Positions 47,939 to 59,753 of a stretch of 63,122 nucleotides of DNA are shown here, in pieces. This DNA is from Carpediemonas membranifera BICM. Taxonomy: Eukaryota > Protista > Fornicata. Positions within the stretch are counted from its first letter, which is position 1. Each line of letters begins with the position of its first letter. The position numbers and the translations under genes were made by a program. Where the stretch lies: positions 1-63,122 of the forward strand of contig JAHDYR010000015.1 in the NCBI GenBank assembly GCA_019828565.1, written 5' to 3'. The notes beneath the pieces were generated by a model. That model was given only the letters and a program-made list of their open reading frames with translations, did no database searches and had not been told where the DNA came from.

Positions 47939-50900
47939 CGACTGTTAGTCGACAACAGTCGAAGTCTCCAATTGATGTATCCCGCCATCAAATAAATATA
48001 ATTGAGACACCCCTTACCGAGTTCTATAGACCCTATATGGTCATCCGCCCCTCCTCTTCTGACGTTAGTTTTTTCACCATGACCTTGACTTTGCAACTGG
48101 GCATAATGGTTCTTTGGTCTCTGTCTTCGCTTCTGTTCTTATTTTAACACTCATTTGTACACATTGTGCTCTTCTTATCTTCTATATCTTCTATCTACAG
48201 TTAGCTCAGCTCCATGCGCTTCTGGACAGTCGTATTGCTTCACTGATGTACGTTTGTACTGAGTCTTGCGCCCGCCATCCCCCCAAGGCTTGCACCACTT
48301 CCATTGGAGTTCCAGATTCAACCAGATGTACTGCGGCGCCGCGGCGGAAGGAATGTCCGGTGGCCTTGAATACTTCCTCGAGGTCCATCATCATTTCGAA
48401 TCGCGCCCACGGCTCCTGCGCCCCCTTCAACGCGGACCGGCTCTCTCGTAGTGTTGCCTGGCTATGGGTGTACGAACGCCACAAGGGGCCTTCATCTGGT
48501 AGGTTACTCATGTGCATGGCGAGCCACCAGGCTGGTGACCGCAGCTGGTCGTCGGCTGAGGGAACCAACTTCAGCGTCGCTTCATCCCTTGTCTTTGTGT
48601 GTCGTATCGTAATCTCCAGCGCGCCGTCTGCTCCGCCGTGCCTCACATCCTCTGTCTTGAGTGCCCGGATCTCGCCTGCTCGCGACACTGTCGCAAACGT
48701 CACCAGGCCAAAGGCAATTGCCTGAGTGAGGGGCGGGGTCGCGTGTGCCCCGGCTGACCTAGCCGCAGCCTCCAGCGTCTCACGCCTGATTGGCCAAGCC
48801 TTCCCAGTCTTACGTCCGGGCGTTAGCTCGCATCGGCCTGCTAGCCTCGCACCTGCCCTGGTCAGGGCCCGATGCAACCTTGTCGTCTCAGCGCTCTCGC
48901 CCAGTGCCTCCAGTCCCATCCTGATGTTCGCCTCCTTCGTGATGAATGTGTCTCTGGCGACGAAGGGGATTTCGGAAAATAGATACAACATCAGTGTGTC
49001 TGCCGGCTCAATGGCGTCAAGGAGCTCGGCGAACTCGTGCAACCACTCGCGGTCTGTGAGTTCCTGCCTTGCTCGGTCCAGCGTCGCCTGTGCCGTGTCC
49101 CTGGCCGTCGGGGCAGGGTCGTCCTGAGGTAAGTCACAGTCAGAGTCACAGTCGGGGTCATGCCGGACTGATGATCGGAAAAACGTGAATTTGGCTGTCT
49201 CTGCGGCGATGCGCTGCCTGGTAGATACTTCCTTGTCCATGAGGAGGGGGTTATTCGTGAGCTGGGCCTCTATTTGACTACTCTTGACTCTTGGCTCGCG
49301 TGTCCATTGACACGAGAGGTGGCCTCTCTCTGGGGTCTGACCTGCGGCTCGCATGGCCCTGTGTCTTGCCATCACCCATGGGGCGGACAAAGCTGTGCCA
49401 ATGTCGACCTCACCGGCACCCAGTAAGCCACGAAAGGGATACGATCCTTCCCGGCGAACAAGTTCTCTATCTCTGTGCCGGTCCACCAGTGTGCCGGCAG
49501 TGTGACTTCGATTTTGTCCTGGGACATCCGGTTCAGGTCCAGGTCCACGTTGGAGCCTCTCTGCGGTGCGATTACTACCACTCCCCTGGGCTGCTGGGCT
49601 GGGGTGACCTCTGACTGTTGCCATATCTCTCTCAATCTGGCGGTCACGCGGGGTAAGAGCGCAACTGGTGGGACTGCGATTGACCTGCACTCGGTCCAGT
49701 CCGCCGTGAAGGCGTCTTCTACATAGCCCAAGTCCTCTGGCAGGAAAGTTCGTGTTGCGAACAGCGATCTGTCGGTTGTGCCCCACTGCTCTGCTGCCCT
49801 CGCCGCTAGTGATGCCGGCATCGCCCAGTCGAGCTTCTTTTGAATCTCGAGAGGTCGTCCGCTGTGGTGTTGAGCAGACCCGGGACGTGCTTTGTTCGCA
49901 CCCTCGCCCCGATCGCGTGTAAGAAGTCGTGGAGCTCCTTCACCTCTCGTCGCATGTGGGCCGGTGCCTTCGTACTGCTCTTCCCGATCCAGGCCAGTGC
50001 TGACGTGTTGTCGCCGACTAATAAGACGTCCCTGCCGGCTATCCTCCGCTCCCAGCGGCGCAGCGCTATGTCCATGGCCTTCGCCTCCTTGCAGTTGATT
50101 GATTTGCCTACGAATGTCTGGTCGAACGTGTCCTGAAACGAGTCGGTCCCGAACTCTGTCCAGATGGCGCCGCCGTAAGCATGGTCGCTCGCGTCCGTCT
50201 CGATCCGAATCTCTCTCCCGTTCGTGAGAAAGCACCACCAGTGCGGGTCTCTCCTCAGTGTTCTCGCCCACCACCGCAGGTCTGTCCTCGCTTCCTGTGG
50301 GATGTCCTTCTTCGTGCCCCGTAACTTTCCTGCGAGTGAGTCCGCCGCACATTGAAGCTCGCGTAGCCTGGGCAGGGCCCGAGCTCCCACGGCGAACCGT
50401 GCGAACAGCAGCTTCCCGATGAGGGCTTGGAGGTCCTTGACTAGGAACCGTCTCTCCTTCTGCAGTCTGTCGATCAAGCTGATCATGTCTGTGGCCTTTC
50501 TCTCTGTCAGGTACATGCATCCCTCTGCTGAGTTGATCACCACCCCGAGGTACTCGAGCTCCTGCGTTGGCACAGCAACAGACTTCTCCTGCGAGATTAC
50601 CATGCCGAGTCTTCTCATCAGCGCGAGTATGCCTGGCATCTTCTCCGCGAGTGATGCGCGTGAGTGGTCTGCGAACAGCAGGTCGTCTAGGTATACGAAC
50701 ACCTGCACGCCAAACTCTCTTCGAATAATCTTTGCCGCCTGGGCGGTGACCCTCTGGAATGCCTCTGGTGCTGTGTTGAGGCCGAAGGGCAGGGCTCTCC
50801 ACCGATATGTTGTTCCTTCGTGGGTAATCCCCAGGTACTCCTTGGCCTCCTCCGCCATGAGCACCTGGTAGTAGCCGGACTTCAGGTCGACGCTCGTCAA

Positions 50901-51576
50901 CCATGCCCCCTGTGCCAGATTGGCCGCCACCTCCATCAACCCCTTCAACCGAAACTTGCGGACCTGTTGGAAAAAGTTGACCGGCCGGAGGTCGTGTATG
51001 AGTCTCCAATCCGATGGTTTCTTCGGAATCAGGAAGACCGGGGATATGTTGCTCGCCGTTGCTACTTCTAAGGCTTGAATGTTCACTAGCTCCTTCAGCA
51101 TCTCGCTTATTGGGCCTTCCCTCCCGTTCGCTCTCGGGGTGCTGGGCGTTGCCGGGGCTACCTTCACCCCGTCTCTCAGTGTGCTCACGACCTCCTTGCT
51201 GGCCCCCAAGGCCTCCCACTCCCTCCAGGCGCGGCTCATCGAGCCCACCACCTGTGCCCGGGACACCGGGCAAGAGTCGGGCGGAGCGTCGTACGACTTG
51301 CGTGACTGCGCAGCTTTGATCGGTTGCTTGTCTGTTGATGTCTCTTGCTCTTGTACTTGCTTTCTTGCTTCTTCTCGTCTCATAGTGCTCGTAAACGTAG
51401 ATACTGCCTTTTATTGTCTTCGAGGTGGGCATAACCTCTTCTTGGCCGAATATTTTCCCCGAATCTAGAAGATTCTCCCGAATCTTTTGGGTTTGGGTCC
51501 GGGTGATCGGCACCCCACTCGGACCCTTGTGGACCGCGCCCCAAGGCGCACTGTGTCTACGTCTACGACAGTACGC
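47939..51576 (-). mobile_element. YR retrotransposon C, gag-less
   Basis: RT-RH 49806..51383; MT-like domain in the adjacent frame; YR ending at 48206 (SRAGEI, HSFRRG, GGW, TY). Only ~190 bp separate the 5' end from the RT ATG. Confidence 0.9.
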
Positions 51577-54500
51577 CGACTTGCAGTCGACTACGGTCGA
51601 AGTCTCCAATTGATTAGATCAAATTTATACCCGAGATTGATGGGAAACATGCTCTGACCTCCAGGCTCTCCAGTGTCACGGGGGGCTGTGCGTCGCCCAT
51701 CTTCTCGGAACTACCGGGGAATGGGGTTTTAACCCCTTGGTAAAATTGGTCTGAACTGGACCGTAGATTTGATTCGAATATTTGGTTAATATTCGATCTC
51801 TCTCGAATATTTGTACCAGATGGCCGGTAGTCCATCTGGGCCTGTACCACGCCCCGAGGCGTACTTACGCATCGCGTCTACGACGGTATGCCGACTTGCA
51901 GTCGACTACGGTCGAAGTCTCCAATTGATGTATCCCGCCATCATATAATAAAAATTTTCTCTTCAGAAATTATTTCTCTGGTCTCCTGTGCCTCCAAGCA
52001 TGCCATTGATGCCCATCTCTCAGGCACATATTTTCACAGCCTGATAGTCATTCTTTGTGCGCGGTTTTGGCCATTTCCATTCGCCGGCATTTTCTCACTC
52101 TCTCCGGCCAATTCTTCGATAGTCTTCGATATATCGATCTTATTAACCATTAGTGACAATCTGCTGCGGTTTCTCCTTTCTCCCGCCTTCTCTTCTGCTC
52201 TCTATCATATCTTTAACTCTTACATGGCCTATTGTACAGTCTAATGGGGCCTTATGCAATCATATTCTATGTATTATCCGTCTTTCTCGTCCTTCTACAC
52301 CCAAGCGCTCGTGGAGAGGCGCACGGCTTCACTGACGTAGGTCTGCATCGAGTCGAGCTGTTTCCAGCCCCCGATTGCTTGGATCACTGCTGGGGCTACA
52401 CCTAGCTTCATCATGTGGACTGCGCCTCCTCTCCGGAATGAGTGGCCCGACGCGCGCAGCACCTCCTCTAGGTCCATGGACATCTCCCATCTTCTCCAAG
52501 GGTGGTCTCTGTTCATCAGGGAGGACCTGTTGTCCTTGATCAGCGCGTCCCTGGCCTCGAATGAGCGCCACAGGGGTCCTTCATCTGGGAGGTTTTCCAT
52601 ATGTCTCGCAAGCCAGTCTGCCGGGTTGTCGTCTCCGGGGACGTTAGGGACCAGCTTTAGCATGGGTTCATCCGATGTCTTGGAGCGTCGTATGGTGATG
52701 GTGATGTCCCTGCCGTGTCGTTCGACGTCTGATGTTGAGAGCCCCCGTATCTCCCCCGACCGAGATATTGTCGCGAACCCGACCAGCCCGAAAGCTATTG
52801 CTTGAGTCAATGCTGGTGTGGCGCTCTTGCCTGCTTGCACCGCGGCCTGTGACAGGGTCTCCCTGGCTATTGGCCATGCTTTCCCTGTTCGACGCTGGCT
52901 TGACGTTGGGCACCTTCCAGCCAATCTGCCACAAGCCTTGATCAGGGCCCGGTGGAGTGGTGGGCATTCTATGGGTTCGCCCAATGCGGTCATTCCATCT
53001 CTGATGTTTGCCTCCTTCGTTAGCAGTGAGTCTTTGGCGAGGAAGGGCACCTCCCCTATAATGAACCATAGCAGTGTGTCGTCATCATCCCCCGCGATTG
53101 CCACCTCCTCGAACTCTTGCACCCACTTCTGGTCATGGATTTTCTCGTGGGCTTGTCGTACGATCTCCCATGCAGCTTCCCGTGGGGTTGGTGCCGGGTC
53201 GTCATTTTGTCCGAGGTAGGCCTCGAAGTCCGAGTCATCTGGTTCTCTGGTCATGTTGCGGAAGAATGTGAACTTTGCGGTCTCTGTTGCAATTCGATCA
53301 CGCGTCACCTTCTCGAGGCGGAGCAGGAGCGGGCTGGACGCGACCTTTCTCTCGACGTCCTCGTTCTTAGGACGGCTAGCCCGGGACCATATTATCTGCG
53401 TTCTGGTTCTGTCGGGTGTCACGCCTGCGGCTCTTAGTGCTCGGTGTCGCGCTTGCACTGCTGATGCTGATAGGAAGATTCCGAGGCTGACGTCATCACC
53501 GGGACCCAGTACGCCCTGAAGGGAATGTGTGTCTTGCCCTCGAACAGTACCGCCAACTCCGTGTCTGCCCACCAGTGGGCTGGTAGCGATGCGTTGACTG
53601 TCTCCTGTGCGACTCGGATAAGGCGCAAGTCGATGTTCGTCTGCCTGACTGGGGCGATAACTAGGATTCCTGACTGTTGTTGACTGGGATGTCTCTCTTC
53701 TCGTTGGTCTACGATTGCCTCCAGTCGTTCGGCCACTCGGTCGAGCATGGCCACCGGGGGGACCGCCACTGACCGGCACTCTGTCCAGTTCGCTGTGAAC
53801 GCGTCTCTGCAGTAGTCGTAGTCCTGGGGTAAGAACCTTTCGGCCGCGAACAGCGCTCGGTCCACTGCTCCCCCACCTCTCTATCGCAGCTGCCAGCAGG
53901 GCTGCTGGCATGGCCCAATCGAGCTTCTTGTACCTCGACAGAGCATCGGCCGTTGTGTTGAATACACCTGCGATATGTTTGACTCTCAAGCGGCAACCGT
54001 TGGCATGCAGGAAGTCGTGTAGGTCGGCGATCTCCCGGCGAATGTGGGCTGGGGCCTTCGTCGAACTCTTCGCAACCCACGCGAGTGACGAGGTGTTGTC
54101 TCCCGCGATCAGGACATCTCTGTCTCGGATCACATGTGCCCAGTGTCGCAGCGCCGTGGTTATGGCCCTCGTCTCTTTGCAGTTGATCGACTTGTGTATG
54201 AATGACTGCTTGAACCGGCCCTGGATCTCCATCCTCTCGCTGTCTGTCCATATTGTCGCGCCGTAAGCTACGTCCGAGGCGTCTGTCTCGACCCTGATCT
54301 CCGGTCGCGGTGACCCCTGCATTGCGTACTGCGGGTCTGTCGCGATCACACGCGCCCACCATCTGAGGTCTGTGCGGGCGTCTCGGGGCATGGAGGCTCT
54401 CGTAAATCGCTGACTCGGCGCAGTCACCATTAACTGGAGTTCTCTCAGTCGAGGAAGCGTTCTTGCTCCTACTGCGAATCTGGCGAAAAGGAGTTTGCCA

Positions 54501-56218
54501 ATGAGTCGCTGGAGTTCTATCTTCGTTGTTCTTCGTTCTTTGAGCACCTGATCGATCATTCTTCTCAGCTCCACGCGCTTGTCGTTCGGAAGAGACATTG
54601 TGTTCTTGCGCGTATCGATAACTATTCCCAGGTACTCGATTCGTCGTGTCGGTGTAAGAACGCACTTGTTTCTCGAGATTATCATTCCTAGCCGCTCCAT
54701 TATCTTCAGGACTTCGGGCATCTTTCGTGCTAGCTCTTGCTGTGATGGGTCGGCGAACAACAGGTCGTCTAGGTAGACGAACACTGTGAGAGAGCTCTCG
54801 GCGGATGATCTTCGCCGCCTGCGCCGTGATCGATTGAAATGCTTCCGGGGCCGTGTTGAGGCCGAAAGGAAGCGCGTTCCAGCGGTACGTGTTCCCTTCG
54901 TGCTGGAAGCCTAGCCATTTCCGACCCGTCTGTTCGACCAGGACTTGGTAATATCCGCTCTTCAGGTCCACGCTGGCGAGCCACGCCCCCTTGGTCAGTG
55001 CATTCGCTATCTCGGTCAATCCCTTCAGTCGGAATCGCCTGGTTGTCTGGTACCAGTTCACCGGCCTCAGGTCGTGGATGAGGCGCCAGTCTATGTGGTT
55101 CTTCTTCAGCGTCATGAAGATTGGGCAGACTTGCGCTACCTCTGTCGGTGCACACTGCTCCACTGCTTGCAGCTCCATTAGCTCGTTGATTGTGTCTGTG
55201 ATCGGGCCCTGTGACCCGTTGGGCGACGAGTTCGTCGTCTGCCCGTCCTGTACTGGGACTCCCTGCCGGAGTAAGTCCACGACACTCGTGCTGGCCCCCA
55301 TGGCCTCCCACTCTTTCCACGCTCGACTCATTGAGCCAACCACGTGTGTCCGTTGACCTGGACCAGAGACGGGCTGAGCGTCGGACAATAGGTGCCATGT
55401 GTCCTGGCTTGTTTCGCTTCTTGCTTGCTCTTGTGACATTCTTCTCTGTATTCAAAACGTAGACGGTGCCTTTTATATCTGAGGATGGCATAACCTCACT
55501 TGGGCAACTACTGCTGCCCCGGGGCCGCATTGCGGTTGCCCGAGGCTTTCTGGAATCTGTGGTTGTTGTATCCGTGGTTTCGGAAGGGACGCTTGGCGAA
55601 CCGGTGTGATGTGTGAGCCCGCGTGGCAGGGATGGCCTTCTTGGCCTTGGCGGCGACCTTGACGAGGTCCTTGACGTTGGATATGTCCTCGGCGGTGACG
55701 ATAAAGTAGGCGGCCGCTTCTTCGTTGGCAGAGTCGAGGACTCGGAGGAACTCGAGGCGCTTTTCAACGGCAAGATTAATGGCTGTGGTTATGTCAGCAA
55801 TCGTCTCCCTTGCTGGGGTCAGCCAGGATTGACTTGATTTCTCCGTGTAGGGCGCGCAGGTGTTGGAATTCTTTGAGCACTGCTGGGATTTTGGTGGGTT
55901 TGCGTACATCCTCAGCATTCGTGCGGACATCGTCAAGATTCTCGCTCAGTGATGCTATTGTAGCAGCCTGTGACCGCACCAGGGCCTCCAGGCTCTCCAG
56001 TGTCACGGGGGGCTGTGCGTCGCCCATCTTCTCGGAACTACCGGGGAATGGGGTTTTAACCCCTTGGTAAAATTGGTCTGAACTGGACCGTAGATTTGAT
56101 TCGAATATTTGGTCAATATTCGATCTCTCTCGAATATTTGTACCAGATGGCCGGTAGTCCATCTGGGCCTGTACCACGCCCCGAGGCGTACTTACGCATC
56201 GCGTCTACGACGGTATGC
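51577..56218 (-). mobile_element. YR retrotransposon D, complete, with split direct repeats
   Basis: A1 55985-56218 matches A2 51658-51891 (234 bp, 1 mismatch); B1 51892-51929 matches B2 51577-51614 (38 bp). Contains gag, RT-RH-MT and YR (stop at 52295), with a few frameshifts. Confidence 0.95.
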
Positions 56219-56220
56219 AA

Positions 56221-56294
56221 GCCCCTATAGCTCAGTCGGTACGAGCGATAGTCTCATAAGCTATAGGTCGTGAGTTCGAGCCTCACTGGGGGCA
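56221..56294 (+). tRNA. tRNA-Met (CAT), elongator type
   Basis: Acceptor stem GCCCCTA/TGGGGGC, anticodon loop CTCATAA, T-arm GTGAG-TTCGAGC-CTCAC, followed by TTTT (Pol III terminator) at 56298-56301. Confidence 0.96.
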
Positions 56295-56849
56295 TCCTTT
56301 TACTAGATCTTGAGATTGAGGGTAGCGCTAGCTGTCCTAGCCTCTAGACATACTTGCTCTACCCAACGGGGGGGCGATCGTTTATTAAAGAAGAGAGCTA
56401 GTGTAAACGATCAGGGGACTCCGGCCAGCTTACCTACTGGGCGGATATACCGGTCTTGACCAGTATCGTGCCGTCGGATCTGGATGTTCCGAATTTTCTA
56501 CCATTCTGCCCGCATAAACTGCGCGGCTCGCCTGGTCGGCGCATCACCATGCCGGAGCGAGGCGATCTCATTGCCCTCCGCTCACGGCCCGTTACCCGAG
56601 GTAACCTGTCAGCGCGATGTAACGCCAGCTAGCTGTCCTAGCCTCTAGACATACTTGCTCTACCCAACGGGGATATCCCACCGGCAACGAGCATAGTGGA
56701 ATGGCTTGCAGGCACGCTTGCGAGCCCAAACCGACCGTCTCCTCGAGAGACCGCGTCAAAGAATGTCTGTTGTGGCTTACATCTGCCGTTGTAACGCGTG
56801 TCAGCCCCACCCTACCTAGCTCTCCCAGCCACTAGCTCCCGTCAGAGAT

Positions 56850-59753
56850 TTAAAGTGGTGGTTGGAGAAGGATGGAGGCCAGGTGTCCCTGGACCCCCGG
56901 GTGTGTGCGGACCCCGTTGCCCATATATCTCAGCATGCTTTTCGTGGAGGCCCACGTCCCCATGGACAGGAGGACTTCGGTACTCGTGTGGGCTACCGCC
57001 AACTCCGTGGTGGCGCCCTTGCGGAATGAGTGCCACGAAATGTCGGTGCCGTACGCCTGGTGGATCCAGTGGCGGAGGGTTGACGCCGGTAGCGGCTTCG
57101 ATAGTGAAATACCACCGGTTGAGGTGATCGCCCGCCAGATGAGGTCGTCGTCGCGGCGCGTTGCCGTGGGGACCCATGCCTTCAGGGCCCTTGCTGGGTT
57201 AAAGCGGGCCCACGATTGGTTTGGTACCAGCTTGCGGACGCCTGTGGCAGTCTTAGTTCTCGCGAACAGAAGGAGGGCATTGCCATCAGCGTCGAACTCG
57301 ACGTCTCTTCGTCTGAGCCCAAAGATCTCTGCGCCTCTACTCACGGTGATAAAGCAGAGAGCAGAAAAGAGGGCGGCCTGGAAGGCTTGGGGTGACTTCC
57401 GACGTCTGTCTATGACCCTGCGGACTCTCGCGGACGTGACAGGCTTCGCGCCCCCGGTCAGGCCTTCTACAGAGGCGACGTTCCGGGCGGCGGCGATTAT
57501 CTGCTTGGCAGCGGTCGGGGGGCGCCAGTCAGACACGAGTGGGGCGGCCTCGCAGATCCAGTAGCCTTTCCTGTGTATCGACTGTGGGCCCGACGTGGTA
57601 CCCTCGGTCAGAAGGAACTCTTTGAGCTGTTGCGCGTGTGAGTGGCTCGCGTTGCGGGATTGGAGGAATTTGGCGACCCAGCCCGCTGCTGTGCGGCGCG
57701 ACGATTCGTTTCTGAAATGTGATAGTCGGTCGTCAGCGAGGAGGGCTTGGAACGGGTCCTCAGGATAAGCGCCACGAAGCGGATCTTGCCCTTGTCTGTC
57801 GCTGTCCAGGCTAGCTCGGACTGCAGGAGGTGTTTCGCCTGGACTCTGAGGTACAACTTGAGGGGTGTCAAACGTTTGATGGCTCGGACCTCGGGCGAGT
57901 TGAGGTCCGGGCACAGGACTATCGCCGCTGATCTCCAGTGTCGAGGGTTCCCAGTCTGGGTCGAGGCGCGTATTGTCTGGAGGCGACGACACGTCACTCC
58001 AAGAAGGGCTATAGGAGGAGCTATATAAATCCTGACTCCCCTCCAGTCCATCTGGAAGCCGTTGTCGTGGATTGACCAGGCTAGTTCTGCAAAGCCTGGT
58101 AAGGCCAGAACCTTGTCGGGGCGTGCTGTGACGTCGATCTCGACCGGCCCCCACTTGCGCATGATGGTTTCCAAGACTTCTCGGGGTGACGACCAGTCGA
58201 GCTTGGCGAACCTGGAGAGCCTGTCCGCCTGGACATTCAGGTGTCCGGCAATATGGAAGCAGTGGACGTCGAGGCGCTTGGTTTCTGCCGTGTTGTAGAT
58301 GTCCTGTAGGATCTGGTGTGCGGCTGGGGGGAGGTTCGGCGATCCCCGTCTGTTTACCCAGCTGATGGCAGCTGAGTTGTCGGCAAAGACTGTGAGAGAG
58401 GAGCGTGACTCCTGCTGGGGCACGAGATTGATCGCCTGAGCGATCGCGAAGAGCTCCTTGACGCCAATGTGTTCCCCCTTGAGATGAGGGGGGAAGGCAC
58501 CCTGTGATGCCGCTCCCTTCTCCCCATTGAACAGGCATGCTCCCCAGCCGGACGTTGATGCGTCTGAGGTGACAGAAATCTGGAGCGTATCGCGTATTTC
58601 CCAGTCCGCTCTTGCTTCGGCGAACCTCTTGGGTGGGCGATCGCGGAGGAGGACTTGCCACGCCGCCAGCTGCCTGCGGATTTGGCTGGAGAGGTGGACG
58701 GTCTCCGTCGTAGGGGTGGCCTGCAGTGGTCTGAGTGCGAGGCGGGCGAACTGTGTGGTCCCTGCGAAGAATGACAGACGGCCTAGGAGCTTCTGCCAGT
58801 CTGAAGCTGTGATGGACCCGACCCGGAGGGCCTTGGAGATCGTGGCCGTGTAGGCCTCGGCCTTGTCTTTTGAGATTCTTAGGGACTCGCTTGCGGTGTC
58901 TATGTGGACACCTAGGTAGTCTACCTGCTGGGTCGGCGTGAGGACGCACTTGTTGAGGCCCGGTATCGCCCCCAGCGATAGCATGAGGTCGATGATCTGC
59001 GGGGTGACCGAAGCTAGGTACGATGGGGAGGCATGGGACACTAAGAAGTCGTCGAGATAGACCGCGATGGTCACCCCGAACCTGTGTGCGATGATCTTTG
59101 CAAGCTGTATGGTCGTGCTCTGGAACACGTACGGCGCCGCTGTCCATCCGAAGCCGAGTGTGTTGTACCTGAATGCGCGGCCGTCCGGTAGGACCACGCC
59201 TAGGAGGGGGGAGTCTCGCGAGGCGACGCCAAGTTGGTGGTATCCCGATGCTAGGTCTATCTTGATCATGTAGTCGTTCTTGTGCAGATTGCGGACCGCC
59301 CGTCTGATGCCGAACAGACGAAACACCCTCAGCTCTGCTGTCAACTCGTTCAGGGCTCGGAGGTCGTGCACGGGGCGGACATCGTCTTTGCCCTTCGACA
59401 CCGCGAACAGGGGTGCGCTGTGACGCAGTTCGTCTATCGGGCACGGGGAGAGGACGCCCTTGGCGACTAGCTCTTCGATCTTCGGGAGTAGGCGGGGGTC
59501 CACTCGCCTTTGCGGTTCTGGTGGAGGGGGCGCAGAGGTGAGGTGGATAGGGACGCCATCCCGCAGCCAGCTTACTACCTCGGGGGAGGCACCGAGTCTT
59601 GCCCACACCGGCCACTTTTTGTTCATTGACGGGAACTGAACATCTGTGGCAAGGGCTACTTCTTGTGCTTCTTGTGAAACCCCCCTTTGTTCTGGGGCTG
59701 GTCCTTTCTCTTACCCTTGGCTCTGGCTTTGGCTGCGCAGTAGGAGATGGCAC
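56850..59753 (-). CDS. tyrosine recombinase ORF (element E), overlapping pol
   Basis: SRGAEI, RTKT, HSFRKG, GTW and RY in the last ~300 aa; true start uncertain. Confidence 0.85.
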   Translation of the reverse strand: MPSPTAQPKPEPRVRERTSPRTKGGFTRSTRSSPCHRCSVPVNEQKVAGVGKTRCLPRGSKLAAGWRPYPPHLCAPSTRTAKASGPPPTPEDRRASRQGRPLPVPDRRTASQRTPVRGVEGQRRCPPRARPPSPERVDSRAEGVSSVRHQTGGPQSAQERLHDQDRPSIGIPPTWRRLARLPPPRRGPTGRPRIQVQHTRLRMDSGAVRVPEHDHTACKDHRTQVRGDHRGLSRRLLSVPCLPIVPSFGHPADHRPHAIAGGDTGPQQVRPHADPAGRLPRCPHRHRKRVPKNLKRQGRGLHGHDLQGPPGRVHHSFRLAEAPRPSVILRRDHTVRPPRTQTTAGHPYDGDRPPLQPNPQAAGGVASPPPRSPTQEVRRSKSGLGNTRYAPDFCHLRRINVRLGSMPVQWGEGSGITGCLPPSSQGGTHWRQGALRDRSGDQSRAPAGVTLLSHSLCRQLSCHQLGKQTGIAEPPPSRTPDPTGHLQHGRNQAPRRPLLPYCRTPECPGGQALQVRQARLVVTPRSLGNHHAQVGAGRDRRHSTPRQGSGLTRLCRTSLVNPRQRLPDGLEGSQDLYSSSYSPSWSDVSSPPDNTRLDPDWEPSTLEISGDSPVPGPQLARGPSHQTFDTPQVVPQSPGETPPAVRASLDSDRQGQDPLRGAYPEDPFQALLADDRLSHFRNESSRRTAAGWVAKFLQSRNASHSHAQQLKEFLLTEGTTSGPQSIHRKGYWICEAAPLVSDWRPPTAAKQIIAAARNVASVEGLTGGAKPVTSARVRRVIDRRRKSPQAFQAALFSALCFITVSRGAEIFGLRRRDVEFDADGNALLLFARTKTATGVRKLVPNQSWARFNPARALKAWVPTATRRDDDLIWRAITSTGGISLSKPLPASTLRHWIHQAYGTDISWHSFRKGATTELAVAHTSTEVLLSMGTWASTKSMLRYMGNGVRTHPGVQGHLASILLQPPL
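57608..59626 (-). CDS. RT-RNaseH-MT-like (element E)
   Basis: VHDLR, DLASGYHQ, LGFGW, YLDD, SDAS, N.QADRLSR, F.MDW...YIAPP. Confidence 0.93.
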   Translation of the reverse strand: MNKKWPVWARLGASPEVVSWLRDGVPIHLTSAPPPPEPQRRVDPRLLPKIEELVAKGVLSPCPIDELRHSAPLFAVSKGKDDVRPVHDLRALNELTAELRVFRLFGIRRAVRNLHKNDYMIKIDLASGYHQLGVASRDSPLLGVVLPDGRAFRYNTLGFGWTAAPYVFQSTTIQLAKIIAHRFGVTIAVYLDDFLVSHASPSYLASVTPQIIDLMLSLGAIPGLNKCVLTPTQQVDYLGVHIDTASESLRISKDKAEAYTATISKALRVGSITASDWQKLLGRLSFFAGTTQFARLALRPLQATPTTETVHLSSQIRRQLAAWQVLLRDRPPKRFAEARADWEIRDTLQISVTSDASTSGWGACLFNGEKGAASQGAFPPHLKGEHIGVKELFAIAQAINLVPQQESRSSLTVFADNSAAISWVNRRGSPNLPPAAHQILQDIYNTAETKRLDVHCFHIAGHLNVQADRLSRFAKLDWSSPREVLETIMRKWGPVEIDVTARPDKVLALPGFAELAWSIHDNGFQMDWRGVRIYIAPPIALLGVTCRRLQTIRASTQTGNPRHWRSAAIVLCPDLNSPEVRAIKRLTPLKLYLRVQAKHLLQSELAWTATDKGKIRFVALILRTRSKPSSLTTDYHISETNRRAAQQRAGSPNSSNPATRATHTRNSSKSSF

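Noticed and set aside
51577-51891. Independent miniature element
   Set aside because: It is fully explained as the A2-spacer-B2 tail of element D's split direct repeats.
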